A stretch of DNA of 64,000 bases from Mantamonas sphyraenae STR306 (taxonomy: Eukaryota > Protista > CRuMs), in contig JAPMXV010000043.1 of the NCBI GenBank assembly GCA_026936335.1, positions 434,001 to 498,000 of the forward strand. The letters run 5' to 3'. The position numbers and the translations under genes were made by a program. This document shows positions 1 through 11,376 of this stretch, one piece after another. Position 1 is the first letter of the stretch, and the number at the start of each line of letters is the position of its first letter. The notes under the pieces are model-generated. The model was given only the letters and a program-made list of their open reading frames with translations. It was not told the DNA's origin and searched no databases.

Positions 1-2940
1 GTGTTCCAGGTGAGGCCGGCAGCGATGCACTGGGTGCGATCCGGGTAGCGGCGGGTGAGCACACACGTGTTGCTCTTCCACTCGCCCTTGATCTCACCGC
101 ACGTGGTGCTGTCCGTCACCGTGGCGTTCTTGCACAGCACCTGGCTCAGGGCGTCGTTGCGGTTGGTCGACTCGCACTTGCGGCACTGCTGCGTGCAGAA
201 GCGCTGCGCTGCACACTCGGTGCTGTTGAACGGACGGCCACCGTGGTTGTGCACCACGCAGCGGCCTTCGGCACAGCGCTGGGGCGTGTCAAAGCGGCCG
301 CGCTGGAAGCGGTGGCCGTAAAAGTACGAATGTCCTGGCTTTGCGGAGCATCCGGACGGGTTCCACTCGTTCAGGCGGTCGACGCACAGACCGTTGCCAT
401 TGCCCCACTGTTCGTCCCAGTAGTAGGCGAATCCACGTGCCTGGCACGCAGTGCGGTTGTCGTTGGTGTAGCAGCGACGGCGGTTGCATCGCCACTCGGC
501 GTCATCGCCCTTGGCCATGGGGTCGGAGCGAGGGCAGATCGACGAGGGCAGACAGCTGCCTTCCGTGTTGTTGTTGGCAACACAGCGCCACTGGTTCCAC
601 TGATCCTGCTCCCAGGAGTAGCCGGCGCCCTCACATTGCTGCTGGTTCTGCAGCGCCCACACCTGGCACATGGTGGGCCACGACTGGTCGGAGCAGTAGG
701 GGCCCCAGCACTCGCCACAGAAGTAGGTCTTGCCGTTGGCCTGGTAGCCCTTCTTGGCTTCGCACTGTGCCTTGTTGCGGTTCTCCCAGAAGTTGTACGA
801 GCACAACTTGCGGCGCTCACACTCGGTGCGGTTGCCCGGGTAGTACTTGGGCTCGTAGTTGCCCGTGGCCGGGTTCTTCTCGTACGTGGAGTACGATCGG
901 CGGAACATCATTTTGAAGCCGTTCTTGGTGCAGGTGCTGGGCTGGTACGAGGCGCTGTAGTCCACGCACCACTGGCCCTGGAAATCCCAGGTGCCGCCCA
1001 TGGAGCCGCACGTCACCTGGGTGGCGTCCATGTTGACACAGCGCGGGTCTGTGTCCGAGCCCGCGCAATCCATGGAGCTCATGCGCTGCTTGAACTCGGT
1101 CTCGTACGTGGTGCGCGAAACATCCACGGGCAGGTTCCACGCCTTTTGGTTGAACTGGCGCGTGCGGTTGTCCATGCGGTCCAGGTAGCAGGCAAACAGG
1201 AACGGGTCGGGGTTGTCCCACGGGCGTTCACACTTGAAGTTGCCCGAGTTGTAGCCCTCCTCGACACAGGCCAGGTCGCCGTACTCGTTGCAGTCCGAGT
1301 CACTCTTGCAGTTGCGATCCTTGAAGATGGCGTCCCAGCACTCCTGGCGGAAGGCCACGCGCGTCTCGTAGAGCTGATCGGGCACGTCGCGCTTAAAGTT
1401 GACGTTGCACGTGCCACTGGGCTTGTTGTTGGCGTTGAGGTCCCTGCGGAAGGCCTGCAGCATGCGGAAGATCTTCTGCGGGGAGCTGCACACGCCGGCG
1501 ATGGGGCCGGGCCTCACACGGCCCTGCACCTCGTACGACTCGTTGACGGCGCGCGGGTTGCAGCACGAGCTCCAGCGCAGAGCCTGGTTGCAGCACGGGT
1601 CGTTCTTCCATGCGTCCGAGTTGCGATCCTGGACACCGCAGGCGCGCGAGTTGACCTGGAAGGTCTCCTGTCGGTTGGCCTCAAAGAAGGGACCGAAGCG
1701 CTTGATGCAACCCACGTAGGGCTGACGGGACGTGACACTGTTGATGCCGTTGATGAGGTTGCTGAGCTGGCGCGGGTCGTCCATGTTGCGGAACAGGCCA
1801 AACATGCGCCTCATCTCACGCTGGACTTCGTTGATGCCCTGCTCGGTGCACGGGGGCACGTTGGCAGCCTTGTTGAAGGCGTACGAAGAGGCAGTGGTTG
1901 CAGCGCCGGCTTGGTCGACGACGTTGCCGTTGGTCCAGCTGACGGTGCCACCCATGCAGGTGTTGAGCTGAGCCTCGTCCAGGGGCGAGTTGAGGTTGAA
2001 CTTGCCTGTTGCCTTGAGGATATAGATGCCGGCAATGCTCCTGGGGTCGTTGCCAGAGCCTCCGGCCTCGGCGTTGTACGCGTTGAACACCTCGGAGAAG
2101 AAGGTGCCCAGGATCTCGTTGGTGGCACGCACACCCATGAGGTAGGGCGGCGGACCGTTGATCTGGGTGTCGTTGGCAGCAATCTGGAAGTTGCCGCACT
2201 GCCAGGTGAGGCCGGCCTTTGTGTACAGGGTCCAGCGCTTCTGGTAGGTCGAAGCAGACCCGATGGCCTTGTTCACACCCTGATCGCGGATGAAAATGTC
2301 TTGGTCAAAGGTGATCTTGAAGAAAGCAACCTGTGTGTGGAGCAGCGTGTCAGTTGGCGCGCCGCTGCAAAACTTCAGTGTAACCTTGCGGCCTCAGAGA
2401 TCACCCCCCACACGGTGGTGAGAGGGGCCGGGGCGGGTCAGGCGACCGAGTTTGCGGTTGGTCGAACGAAAGCCGTTACTGTAGGCAGCCGTTGCGGGGA
2501 TGGGAGGCGACCGCGTGTGATCCCGGATCGGAGGCAGGGCTGCGTTTTTGTTGTTTGTCGCTGCGGTTTGACATGCGTTTCCCACGCGCATAACGCCTGC
2601 GAACGTTTCTGCGGCAAAACGCACACGCGCCTGTGCTGACTCGCACACGTACCTTGAAGTCTGTGCACGGGCAACAATGCGTGGACGTACATGTAAGCAA
2701 GGAGCAAGGCGGGCGAGAGCGCGTGGCGACGGCGTGTACCGTGCGCAGCGAGCGTGGTTGTTCGCGCGGCGAAGGCACGCGAACATATCCCGTGCGCGAA
2801 AAATTGTGTGTGTCGGAACAACGGCAAGGAAACGTACTGGTGGACTCGACGTGAGCGTCAGAGACCTGCCACATGCTGTTGGTCACAGCAGGGGCTGCAC
2901 ACACGCATGCTACAAGGAGGGCGAAGATGGCGATCCTCAT
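1..2940 (-). CDS. Large secreted cysteine/tryptophan-rich protein; the 3' end runs off the window. Exons 2940-2838, 2660-2653 (8-nt microexon), 2330-<1
   Basis: Signal peptide MRIAIFALLVACVCAAPA. GTACGT donors at 2837 and 2652, CAG acceptors at 2661 and 2331. Manual translation of the minus frame from 2330 to base 1 has no stop (VAFFKITFDQDIF...DPCCNQALRWSSCCNPR...FCGECWGPYC...). It is missing from the ORF track because it has no stop inside the window. Confidence 0.85.
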
Positions 2941-2978
2941 TTGCGTGGAAAGTTTTTCTTGTTGGCGAGCCGCGCGCA

Positions 2979-4361
2979 TCACTTCCCAGCTTCGTGCTGA
3001 GCATCCAAGACATCCGCTAGTGTGTCAAAGGCACTGGCAAATGTCTGTGCATGCACACCGTACCGGCTGTACCAATGGACAAACGCCCCCGCGTTGAATT
3101 GGAGCGAGGCCCGGTCGTAAATGCGCTGCAGCATGGCGGCTGTGCCTGTGTGGTTTGCAAGCATGGTAAGGCGAGGTACGCCACGCGGGACTTTGGAAGC
3201 AGCCAGGAGTGGCGTGCATGAGTCCCACGGGTCGTAGTCGGAGGAGAGAAGCTGTGCAAATTCGCCCATGCCACGCTTGCGCAGAGAACGACTGAGAGGT
3301 CCATCAACATCGTGCTTGAAATCTGCAGAAGAAGTGACGTCCGAGGCACCTGCGATGCCACGCATGCACAGCATGGCAGAGTGGACGTGGACGGCCTGCT
3401 GTGACCCCGGTACAAAGCGTGGGAGGCCATCCATGACGCGAGTGATGTCGACAGACCACGAAGGGCGGCGTATGCTGTTGTTGTGTGCCGAACCGCTGTG
3501 TGAGAGCGAGCACAGCTTGAGATGGCTGAGCGGGCACACTTGCTGTACAATGTCAAAGACGGGCAGTTTGCGGTAGCTGGGACCCATAGGCAGTAGGGCA
3601 CCTGCAAGCGCACTGGCAATCCACCCATTGATGGCAGACAAGGATACTGACTCTCCCTGGGATGATAGGGATGATGACGATGACGTTGAGGAGGAAGAGG
3701 AGGAAGAAGGCGAATCCCGCAGCTGTGCCATGATTTGCTCGTTTTCGAACAGTAACACCGCGTCACAGTTGTCATGCATCCACTGCAGAGTCAACAGGGC
3801 GTTGTAATGTTGCAGAGCGGTGTCACCAAGGGCGAATGGAGCCACACAGGCGCTCACTACGGACGCCCCGTACTCCTGACGCATGTGTTCCATGATGCGA
3901 GAGCCCAGGCCCGATCCTGTGCCCCCTGCCAAAGAATGAATAATGAGAGAGGCTTCGTGCACGTCCATGCGCTCCACCTGTTTGCGTACCGAGTCGTACA
4001 CGCCCTGAAGGTGTTCCGCCGACGTTTCGGCAGTCTCCATGTACCCACCGTGCAGCGACGATGTGAATGCCATGGCCTTGCTGGATGAGGCCTTGTGTGC
4101 CAGGCGTCCATTGTAGCCCAGTGCCCAGTTGTTGCCTCTGCCGCCATGTTCGACGTGCACATTGTCCGCACGAATCAGCTCCTGCTTGGCACGCACCCGC
4201 TTGGCCACTTTGGGTTCAGAATCCACCAGGATGCAGTTGAGGTTCCCCTGGCTGTCATGAAAGGCGTCTACAGATGTCTCCGTGCCCAGGGCCTGCTGCA
4301 CCTTTGCCATGAGCGCGTCGGTGACTTGCAGGCCGCACTGACCCACGCCAAGAGTAAGCAT
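2979..4361 (-). CDS. Divergent tubulin, zeta (cryptic/eta, delta-related) type
   Basis: GQCG start motif, VDSEPKV, GRGNNWALGY, tubulin signature HSLAGGTGSGLG, LQHYNALLTLQW and C-terminal GAFVHWYSRYG. VDSEPK, GRGNNW and LQHYNALL fit recalled zeta-tubulin better than delta (VDMEPK, GSGNNW, VQNYNS). Confidence 0.85.
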   Translation of the reverse strand: MLTLGVGQCGLQVTDALMAKVQQALGTETSVDAFHDSQGNLNCILVDSEPKVAKRVRAKQELIRADNVHVEHGGRGNNWALGYNGRLAHKASSSKAMAFTSSLHGGYMETAETSAEHLQGVYDSVRKQVERMDVHEASLIIHSLAGGTGSGLGSRIMEHMRQEYGASVVSACVAPFALGDTALQHYNALLTLQWMHDNCDAVLLFENEQIMAQLRDSPSSSSSSSTSSSSSLSSQGESVSLSAINGWIASALAGALLPMGPSYRKLPVFDIVQQVCPLSHLKLCSLSHSGSAHNNSIRRPSWSVDITRVMDGLPRFVPGSQQAVHVHSAMLCMRGIAGASDVTSSADFKHDVDGPLSRSLRKRGMGEFAQLLSSDYDPWDSCTPLLAASKVPRGVPRLTMLANHTGTAAMLQRIYDRASLQFNAGAFVHWYSRYGVHAQTFASAFDTLADVLDAQHEAGK

Positions 4362-4447
4362 TCGAAAACGTTGCTACGAACGGGGCTGTCATTGCACATG
4401 CACTGCAAACCCATAGCCACCCCCCCAAAAAATCGATCTCACCCACG

Positions 4448-5824
4448 TCACATGTCTTCTGTGCGCCATTTGTACGCCGCGTTGTCTTTGCGCTTGCGGT
4501 TGATCTCGGCGGCCACAATCTTGTCTTCGAATCCCGACGAGCGGTCGACGCCGTCCCACAGATGACCCGGACGGATGCCAAAGCGATTGGGTGGGCCAGG
4601 ACGTCCCGTGTAGGGTTTGGAACGATCCAACAGCATGTCCTTGCCCTTGGAAGGCTTCTTCCTCCTCCGGCCTTCCTTCCTCTCCTTCTTTGCCTGCTTC
4701 TTGGCGGCTGCTGAAGACGACGAGGCGGCGGATGAACCCTCGAGGGCGCGCATGGGATCATGCCACCTGCTCTGTGCTTTGTTGTACGCGTTGAGATCTG
4801 CGTCGTCTGCATAGCGGTTGAGCGGCTTGCTGGCCTCGGCGGCGAGGAGCGCCTGTTCACGCTCCAGCTGTTCGCTGGACACCATACCACGACCCCACAC
4901 CAGCTTGCGTTCGGGCTGCACCGTTTTTCCTGCCGCGGCTGCTTCCTTTTGTTCCATCATTTGTGTGAGCATGTCCAGTTTGCGGCCGCGGCGATCGCGG
5001 TACACTGTCTGTGCGTTTTTGCCACTCAGCTTGGCATCCATGTTGCCATAACGCTCCTGTTCCACCCGTTGCTTCTTGTCTATTTCTGCACGCAGTTGCT
5101 CGGTGCTTTGCAGACCTGCTGCCGTGCCATCGTTCATCACAGGGCCGCTCTCCTCGCGCTCCCTCTTGCCGTTTGCGTTGTGTGTCGCCTGCGCCGTGGC
5201 TGTGCTTGTTGTTTGCCCACTCCGCCTGCGTGGCACGTCTGCTTCGTCCTCCGATTCAGAGTCGGACGAGTCCATGCGAGCGGGTCGTCCTGCACCCGCC
5301 AACGGAGCCGACGTGACCCCGGCCCGCTGCCGCGGAACCTGCGCTTCGTCGTCGTCCGAGTCTTCCGAGTCCGAGTCATGCCGTGTGCGACGACGCACAG
5401 GTGCATCTGTGGTGCTACTCTTCTGTGACACGGTTTCCACGTGTGTGACCGCTGCCTGTGCGCGCCGCCTGGGCACGTTGGCCTCGTCCGAGTCCGAGTC
5501 CGACGAGTCCAGCCTCTCCCTCGCAGCAGGTGCCACGGGCGTCCATTGCGCCTCGTCGAGCTGCACGACCACAGGACCGTCGTCTGCATCGCCTTCTGCA
5601 TCTACCTCGTCTGTGTCCACGTGTTGCGGCATCATCGTGCTGCTGTCCGGCCCCGACACAACAAGATCCGCGTCGTGCACGACCATGCCCGTGGAGTGCA
5701 TCATCCCAGACTTGCTGCCCTTCTTCTTCTTCTTCTTTTTCCTCTTTTTGCCCTCGTCCAGGTTCAGCTTGGCACGCTGTTCTGCGCTCATGTACCGCGC
5801 CAACGCGTTGATCTTGGAAGACAT
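4448..5824 (-). CDS. BUD13: BUD13 (RES splicing complex subunit)
   Basis: TVYRDRRGRK, WGRG, RWHDPM and C-terminal PPNRFGIRPGHLWDGVDRSSGFE...AYKWRTEDM. Start placed at the ATG at 5824. Confidence 0.95.
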   Translation of the reverse strand: MSSKINALARYMSAEQRAKLNLDEGKKRKKKKKKKGSKSGMMHSTGMVVHDADLVVSGPDSSTMMPQHVDTDEVDAEGDADDGPVVVQLDEAQWTPVAPAARERLDSSDSDSDEANVPRRRAQAAVTHVETVSQKSSTTDAPVRRRTRHDSDSEDSDDDEAQVPRQRAGVTSAPLAGAGRPARMDSSDSESEDEADVPRRRSGQTTSTATAQATHNANGKREREESGPVMNDGTAAGLQSTEQLRAEIDKKQRVEQERYGNMDAKLSGKNAQTVYRDRRGRKLDMLTQMMEQKEAAAAGKTVQPERKLVWGRGMVSSEQLEREQALLAAEASKPLNRYADDADLNAYNKAQSRWHDPMRALEGSSAASSSSAAAKKQAKKERKEGRRRKKPSKGKDMLLDRSKPYTGRPGPPNRFGIRPGHLWDGVDRSSGFEDKIVAAEINRKRKDNAAYKWRTEDM

Positions 5825-5909
5825 TTTTGTGCTGCGTACGCCAGCGTGTGTGTTTGTTGTCAAGTGTGTGTATGTGTACGTGTCCCCCCCCCCCGCGTCC
5901 GAGTCATCA

Positions 5910-8900
5910 TCACTCGTCCGCGTCGTCCGAGTCCTTGACCTTGCGCAGAATCACAAAGCCTTCCAGGATGTTGCTGACGGGCTCCCACTCCTCGGTGGCC
6001 AGTTCTGCGCGCTCGCCATGTGCAATGAGCACCGGTGTGCTGTGTGTCTGAAATCCTGTGATGGTTTTTGGCCTGCCGGCCTGGCCGACGACGTCGACGG
6101 CCTCGCCCACACGCACGTTGACCACGACGGGCTCGAGGTTCTCGTCGAGGGTGGTGAGCATGCGCGGCTCCATAGCAGTCATGAGGTAGTACATCATGTA
6201 GTGCTTGTCACCCAGCAGCGTGTGCTCCATGTCGATGCACGAGTGCAAAAAGGTGAGCAGGCCAGCGACGGCCACCTTGCTCATCAGCAGGCCGTCGCTG
6301 TGGTACGGCTGCAGGCTCATGGTGCCCTTGCCCATGTGCAACAGACCTTGGGCCAACCGCACGACAAACAGCGTGTTGGGCTCGCGTGCATAGTACCCGG
6401 CGAGCGTGCGCAGCAGCTGGGCGATGCGCGAGTTGTTTGTGCCTGCTGCAATCAGACCCAGAGCCATGATGGCGTTGCGTGCCGTTTCCTCATCGCTGTC
6501 GTGCGACAGCTTGCTCAGCGTCTCCATGATGCTGATGTCTGGGTTGCACACAGAGGCCAGACCCAGGGCAAGCGGGACACCACGGCGTGTGGCCATGCTG
6601 CCGTACTGCAGCACATGGTTCATGCTGCGAATGAGCATTTCGCTGCCAAGGTCCTCCGCCATGGCCACCAGGGCCAGACCCACGACCGCCACCGCCTGAT
6701 ACGTCGACTTGTGAGCGTCGTCCTCGCTTGTCTGCTCTCCGCAGATGGCCAGCAGCTCCTGGATCTTGAGCACGTTGCCTGTGCCTGCGAATGCGCATGT
6801 GTCCAGCGTGAGCATGGCGTAGCGGCGCGTATGGCCCTGCAGCACCTTGAGGCTCTCCAGGAACACCTCGCCCTTGTCACGTGCGCCCAGGAACACCAGA
6901 CCCAGGCCAAGGAACACGTAACGAGCTACGCTTTGCTCCAACTGGGTCTCGGAGCGCTCAAACAGCACCTGGAGGATGGACTCGGCCACATCAGTGTCGC
7001 AGGAGCCGACGTAGATGAAGCCAGCCGCAAGCGCTGCCTGCGAGGCTGCCTCGATGGAAACGTTCTCGTCGCTGAGTACGGGCAGCACCAGAGATTCGTA
7101 CACATCTGCACGCTTCGAGCCTGCGTAGGCGAGGCCCAGGCCGATCATGGCCGAGCTCTTGAGAGTGCTGCTGGTATCTTCCTCGGTGAACCTGTCCAGC
7201 AAGGCCATGGCGGTGTCGTTGACGTCGCGTGTGCCCACGGAGCAGACGCCAATGCCGACCAGGGCGCCTGCGGCAATGTACTCGTTGTCCGATTCGAGAT
7301 ATTGGTCGAGCTCGTCGACTCCGTTGTCGTGGTCCCACAAATACAGGGCGCCGACGCTGGCCACAGCCGAGATCATGCCATGCTCCTTGTTCTGGTACAG
7401 CCACTTTTGCTTGGGGTCTGTCATGAGCTTGTCGCTCTTGAAGCCTGCGTTGACAAAGGCGCTCACAAGTGTACTGCTCAAGTTCTGCTTGGCCGACGAG
7501 AGGCCGCCAGACGAGGAGCTGAGCATCCTGTTGTTCTCCTGCAGGTGGGTCTTGTAGATGTCTTCCGGTTCCTTCGGGGGCAGGATTTCCAGCTCGCGGC
7601 CGAGGGCAAGGAAGCTCTCGGAGAGCTTCTCGTTGGCAATGATCTCCACGAGGTCGTCGTCATCCTCGTCGGGCTGGTAGTCGACGTGGTGGCGAGCGAG
7701 CATGTAGCCCATCTGCTTGATGATGAGCTGGTCGTCGACGGTGTCAAAGAGGGAGGTGACGAGCTCGGAGTTGCCGAGACGCAGTGCGCAGCGCAGCGCG
7801 TTGGTGTACTGCTGCTGGCCGAGGTAGATGTTGTACACCTCGAGGACGATGTTTTCGTCTTCAGGCGGCGCAGTGTAGTTGGAGCAGGCCAGCAAGTACA
7901 GGGCGACGCGCTGGTAGTTTGCGTCGTCGACGTGGGCCTGCACGAGATCCAGACGCTGGACCTCCATCAGCAGGTCGCACGCTTCGGCCTCAGCGTTGTG
8001 CGTCATCTGGAAGGGCACGAGCTGGTTGACCAGGCGCAACAGATCCTCGTTGTCCGAGTCCACAATGCTGTCGTCCTGTTGGCGGGCCTGCCATTCGGCG
8101 GCCACCTCGCCTGCAAGATGGCGCACGTACTCGTGACCCCATGTGGCTGTGCGGAGTACGAGTGATACGAGTGGGGCGGGCGTGACAGACGGTGGTGGTG
8201 CGTGGGTCGTTAGCGATGTGCGTGGTGATGGTGGCCTGTGGCCGGTGGGCAAAGGGGGAAACGAGGAAGGCGTCGTGTGTGCAATTCTTTGGCGCGCGGG
8301 GCCTTGGCGGAAAACGCACCGACTTCGTCCATGGCAGCAGCGAGACGGTATTGCAGACTCTCACGCTTCTCGCGATCTCCCATGGTCATGGCCAGGACGG
8401 AAAGGACGTCTGCAAAGGCAGCCTGTGGAGGGACGGGCGCAGGGTGCAAGTCGGGAGGGTCAGGGGAAAGGCGCGCGCAGGATTCCGTCTCTGGGCGGGT
8501 GGGCAAGGCGGAAGGGACACGATGCAGGTGTGGATGGCCACGAGGCAGGTGTGGACGCTGCAGGGCATGGGTGTGTGTAACGACGGGAGGCGCAGCACTC
8601 ACCTTGAGCTCGTCGTTCTTGCAGCGGGTGTGCAAGTCTTGGAGAACCGGGTACGATTCCTTGAGGAACTTGAGGGGCTTGGGCACGCTGCTGAGGCTGC
8701 TGGTGCTGGTTCGGATCTCCTCCTTGAGGGAAGAGAGAGCGGTGAGGGCCACTTGCGTGTCCTGGTCACTGGCACGGACGACCAGCAGCTCGAGGTCGTC
8801 CTTGAGCTTTTGATCTTCTTCGGACAGCTGGAGATCCTCCACCTCTTTCTCCGACAGGGAGGTTTCCTTGAGCTTGGACTGCTCGGTGTCCATCTTGTCG

Positions 8901-8926
8901 TCCTGCTTGCTGTCCTGCGAGCTCAT
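5910..8926 (-). CDS. PSMD2: 26S proteasome regulatory subunit RPN1/PSMD2. Exons 8926-8603, 8422-8320, 8146-5910
   Basis: LSEEDQKLKDDLELLV, SSLSSVPKPLKFL, WGHEYVRHL, PC repeats and VRVGEAVDVVGQAGRPKTITGFQTHSTPVL. Two GT-AG introns join the ORFs in frame. Confidence 0.96.
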
Positions 8927-8993
8927 TGTGTGTGGGCGGATTGGGGTGGATGCAATGGGGCGGAAGGGATGCACCGGGTTCATTCCATGTCGC

Positions 8994-10334
8994 TCACAAC
9001 TCGTCGTACGGGGTCGTGCCGGCGACAGAGGCCTTGCCTACGCCGCGACTGACATCGAGCGGGTTGCGAGAGGGCCATAGGAGGTAGACGAGGATGGTGT
9101 GTACGAGAAAGTCGCAGATAAAGACGGAAAGAGTGAGGGTGGGCAGCTGGAAGCGATGGACCTGGGAGTCTGCGAGGAGAACGCACAGCGGGAGGGAAAG
9201 GAACCAGGCGACGGAGAGGAGAAGGAGCCAGAGGACAATCTTGCGGCGTTCGGCAGGCATGTTGTCGGCGGCAAGCTGGTTGAGGGTGCGGCGGCCGCAC
9301 TGGAGGGCGTAGAGAGCGAGAAAGACTCGAAGAATGACCATGGCAATGCCCATGAAGCCTTGGTATGGGTAGGACTGGAGGGAACCTGTGTTGTGCTGCA
9401 GGACGTCTGCTAGGAGCATGCCAAAACCAAAGGTTGCGACAGAGGCGCCGACGAGGCCGATGGTGGAGCGGAGTGTTTGTGCAGAGTCTGCCTCGTTGCT
9501 CTTCCAGCCCTGGGCAAGGAGGACAAAGAGGACAGAGAGGATGGTGGTGGAGGCCACGGCGGCGAGGTCTGCAATGGCACGCAGCCCCGGAAGGCCGAGG
9601 CCGTCGACGCTGTAGACGAGGAGGTGAAGCATGGTGACAGCAATGTAGAAGAAGTAGGAAAACAGAATGGCAGTGACAAGGCGTGGGATGGCGGAAAAGG
9701 TGTTGCTGGCCTGGAAGCGGCGAACGGCGAGGAGCTGGGCGGTAAAGACGCCAATGTAGAGGACAAAGAAGGCTATGTAGATGGGCACGACGCCCTGTTC
9801 CTCGCAGGAGAACTGTTTTGTCCATGCATCGCCGGGGTTGAGAAAAAGGATCTGGTAGTCGGCTTGCAGTGCGTTGCGTGGACAATTGCTGAGGGCCACA
9901 AACCATTGACGCTGTGTGCCTTCTGTGATGAGGGTTTCAAACACTGTTTCCTCGCCGGCGCCGCCGAGGGAAATGGGGCTGCCTGTGGCGTTGGCAATGG
10001 CGACGCGGTTGGCACAGGGCATGCTCGGGTTGGCCAGGATTTGCGGCCAGGAGGCCGGCTCGTCGTCAAACAGGAGAACGTCCTGGGTGCCCACCTGTGT
10101 GCTGGACACGACAAACTTGCCTGTGATGGAGCCTGCGTCCAGATTTTCGCCTGTGTCGAAGCAGAACTTGTCGAGAAAGGAAAAGGGCTGAGCGACATTG
10201 ATCGAACCGGTGGCCAGTTTCCCCAGGGACGGCCCAGGCAAGAGAAGGAGGAGGAGGAGGAATGGGAGAATTACAGCTGACGCGGGCCGAGATGGCAGTG
10301 GGAAATGGGTCGAGCCGGGACGACGCAGCAGCAT
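8994..10334 (-). CDS. GPR180/TMEM145-like (GOLD domain + 7TM, GOST family) protein
   Basis: Signal peptide, FLDKFCF, RQWFVALSNC, QFSCEEQG, then about 7 hydrophobic helices with LLAQGW. Confidence 0.85.
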   Translation of the reverse strand: MLLRRPGSTHFPLPSRPASAVILPFLLLLLLLPGPSLGKLATGSINVAQPFSFLDKFCFDTGENLDAGSITGKFVVSSTQVGTQDVLLFDDEPASWPQILANPSMPCANRVAIANATGSPISLGGAGEETVFETLITEGTQRQWFVALSNCPRNALQADYQILFLNPGDAWTKQFSCEEQGVVPIYIAFFVLYIGVFTAQLLAVRRFQASNTFSAIPRLVTAILFSYFFYIAVTMLHLLVYSVDGLGLPGLRAIADLAAVASTTILSVLFVLLAQGWKSNEADSAQTLRSTIGLVGASVATFGFGMLLADVLQHNTGSLQSYPYQGFMGIAMVILRVFLALYALQCGRRTLNQLAADNMPAERRKIVLWLLLLSVAWFLSLPLCVLLADSQVHRFQLPTLTLSVFICDFLVHTILVYLLWPSRNPLDVSRGVGKASVAGTTPYDEL

Positions 10335-10480
10335 GGGCGTGGAGAAGGCTGGAAGACGCTGCCGTTTGGGCCAGCGGGCGGGGTGAATGACGAATGGCAA
10401 GCAGCGAATGGGGATGAGGAGGAGGTGGTGAAGGGTGTGGAACTTCAAGTGTGCATTTGATGCTGCACTGCATGGGTGGA

Positions 10481-11305
10481 TCAGCCAGAGAGGAGGGGTT
10501 GCTCGTCGTTGTCGTCCTCATGATCATCCGACACCCCTTGGCCGAGGCCCGGAGAGGAGGAGGAGGAGGAATTGGATGCGGCGGCGGCACGTGCGATGCG
10601 CAGGCGTTCTTGGCGAGCTTGGTCGCGGGTGCGCTTCTTGTCTGCACGGGCAGCACGTTTTTGCTCGAGCAGAATGCTGCGCTGGAGGCGCTGTTCAGCC
10701 TTGCCGGCCTTGGAGGAGACGGAGGAGGCTGGGGAGGAGGAGGCGGAGGAGGTAGGAGAGGAGGAAGAAGAAGAGGCAGCGCTGAGCTTCTCTTGGACAG
10801 CCTTGCGACGTGCCTGCTCGGCGGCAGCGGCGGTGGTGGGGTTGATTTTGAGAGTCAGCGTGAACGTGGGCGTCATGACGGCCTCGAGCGAGTAGCCGGT
10901 GAGAGTGTTTGCACCGTCGAGCTCAAATGCAATGCCGCGCTGGAAGTATTCCTGGTTGCAGCGTGTTTTCAGGGTCTTCATGTCGCTTGCCCATGTGTTG
11001 TGCTTCTTGTGGCACCAAAAGTAGGCGAGGAAGGCAGGGGCGACACCAAACACAATGTACCCTTGCAGGTTCTTGTCGCTGAGGCAGATGACGGCGAGAA
11101 GGGCGGCGAGAAGCACTGCAGCAGCGACGATGATGGGCTTGCGTGGCAGTGTGGTGGTTGTGATCTCGTTGAAGTCGTCGATGATCTCGGCATACTCGTC
11201 GGGGCTGAGGAGGTCATTGAGTTTGGCGTTGTAGCTGTTGTCGATCTTGGGGAGGAGTCTGTCTGCATGGGACGGCAGAGTGATGGTGACAAGGTCTGAA
11301 GACAT
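10481..11305 (-). CDS. Small two-TM membrane protein, possibly Erf4/Golgin-A7-like, with a charged low-complexity tail
   Basis: YNAKLNDLLSPDEYAEIIDDFN followed by two TM helices and NQEYFQRGIAF resembles the Erf4 pattern from recall. Start context cacaATG. Confidence 0.55.
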   Translation of the reverse strand: MSSDLVTITLPSHADRLLPKIDNSYNAKLNDLLSPDEYAEIIDDFNEITTTTLPRKPIIVAAAVLLAALLAVICLSDKNLQGYIVFGVAPAFLAYFWCHKKHNTWASDMKTLKTRCNQEYFQRGIAFELDGANTLTGYSLEAVMTPTFTLTLKINPTTAAAAEQARRKAVQEKLSAASSSSSSPTSSASSSPASSVSSKAGKAEQRLQRSILLEQKRAARADKKRTRDQARQERLRIARAAAASNSSSSSSPGLGQGVSDDHEDDNDEQPLLSG

Positions 11306-11376
11306 TGTGCACACACGAGCAAGGCCAATTTTCGTGGGCCGGGGGGAGCCCAGCCGACGCCAAGAAATCACGACGA

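Noticed and set aside
2380-2400. In-frame TGA upstream of the long minus-strand exon (possible Sec or readthrough)
   Set aside because: It falls inside intron 2652-2331. TGA is the normal stop codon for most genes in this window.
243-2639. 798-aa + strand ORF
   Set aside because: Antisense shadow of the Cys-rich minus-strand gene, with V/A/L/G-rich composition typical of high-GC codon bias.
5076-8165. 1029-aa + strand ORF
   Set aside because: Antisense to BUD13 and RPN1, with no domain motifs.
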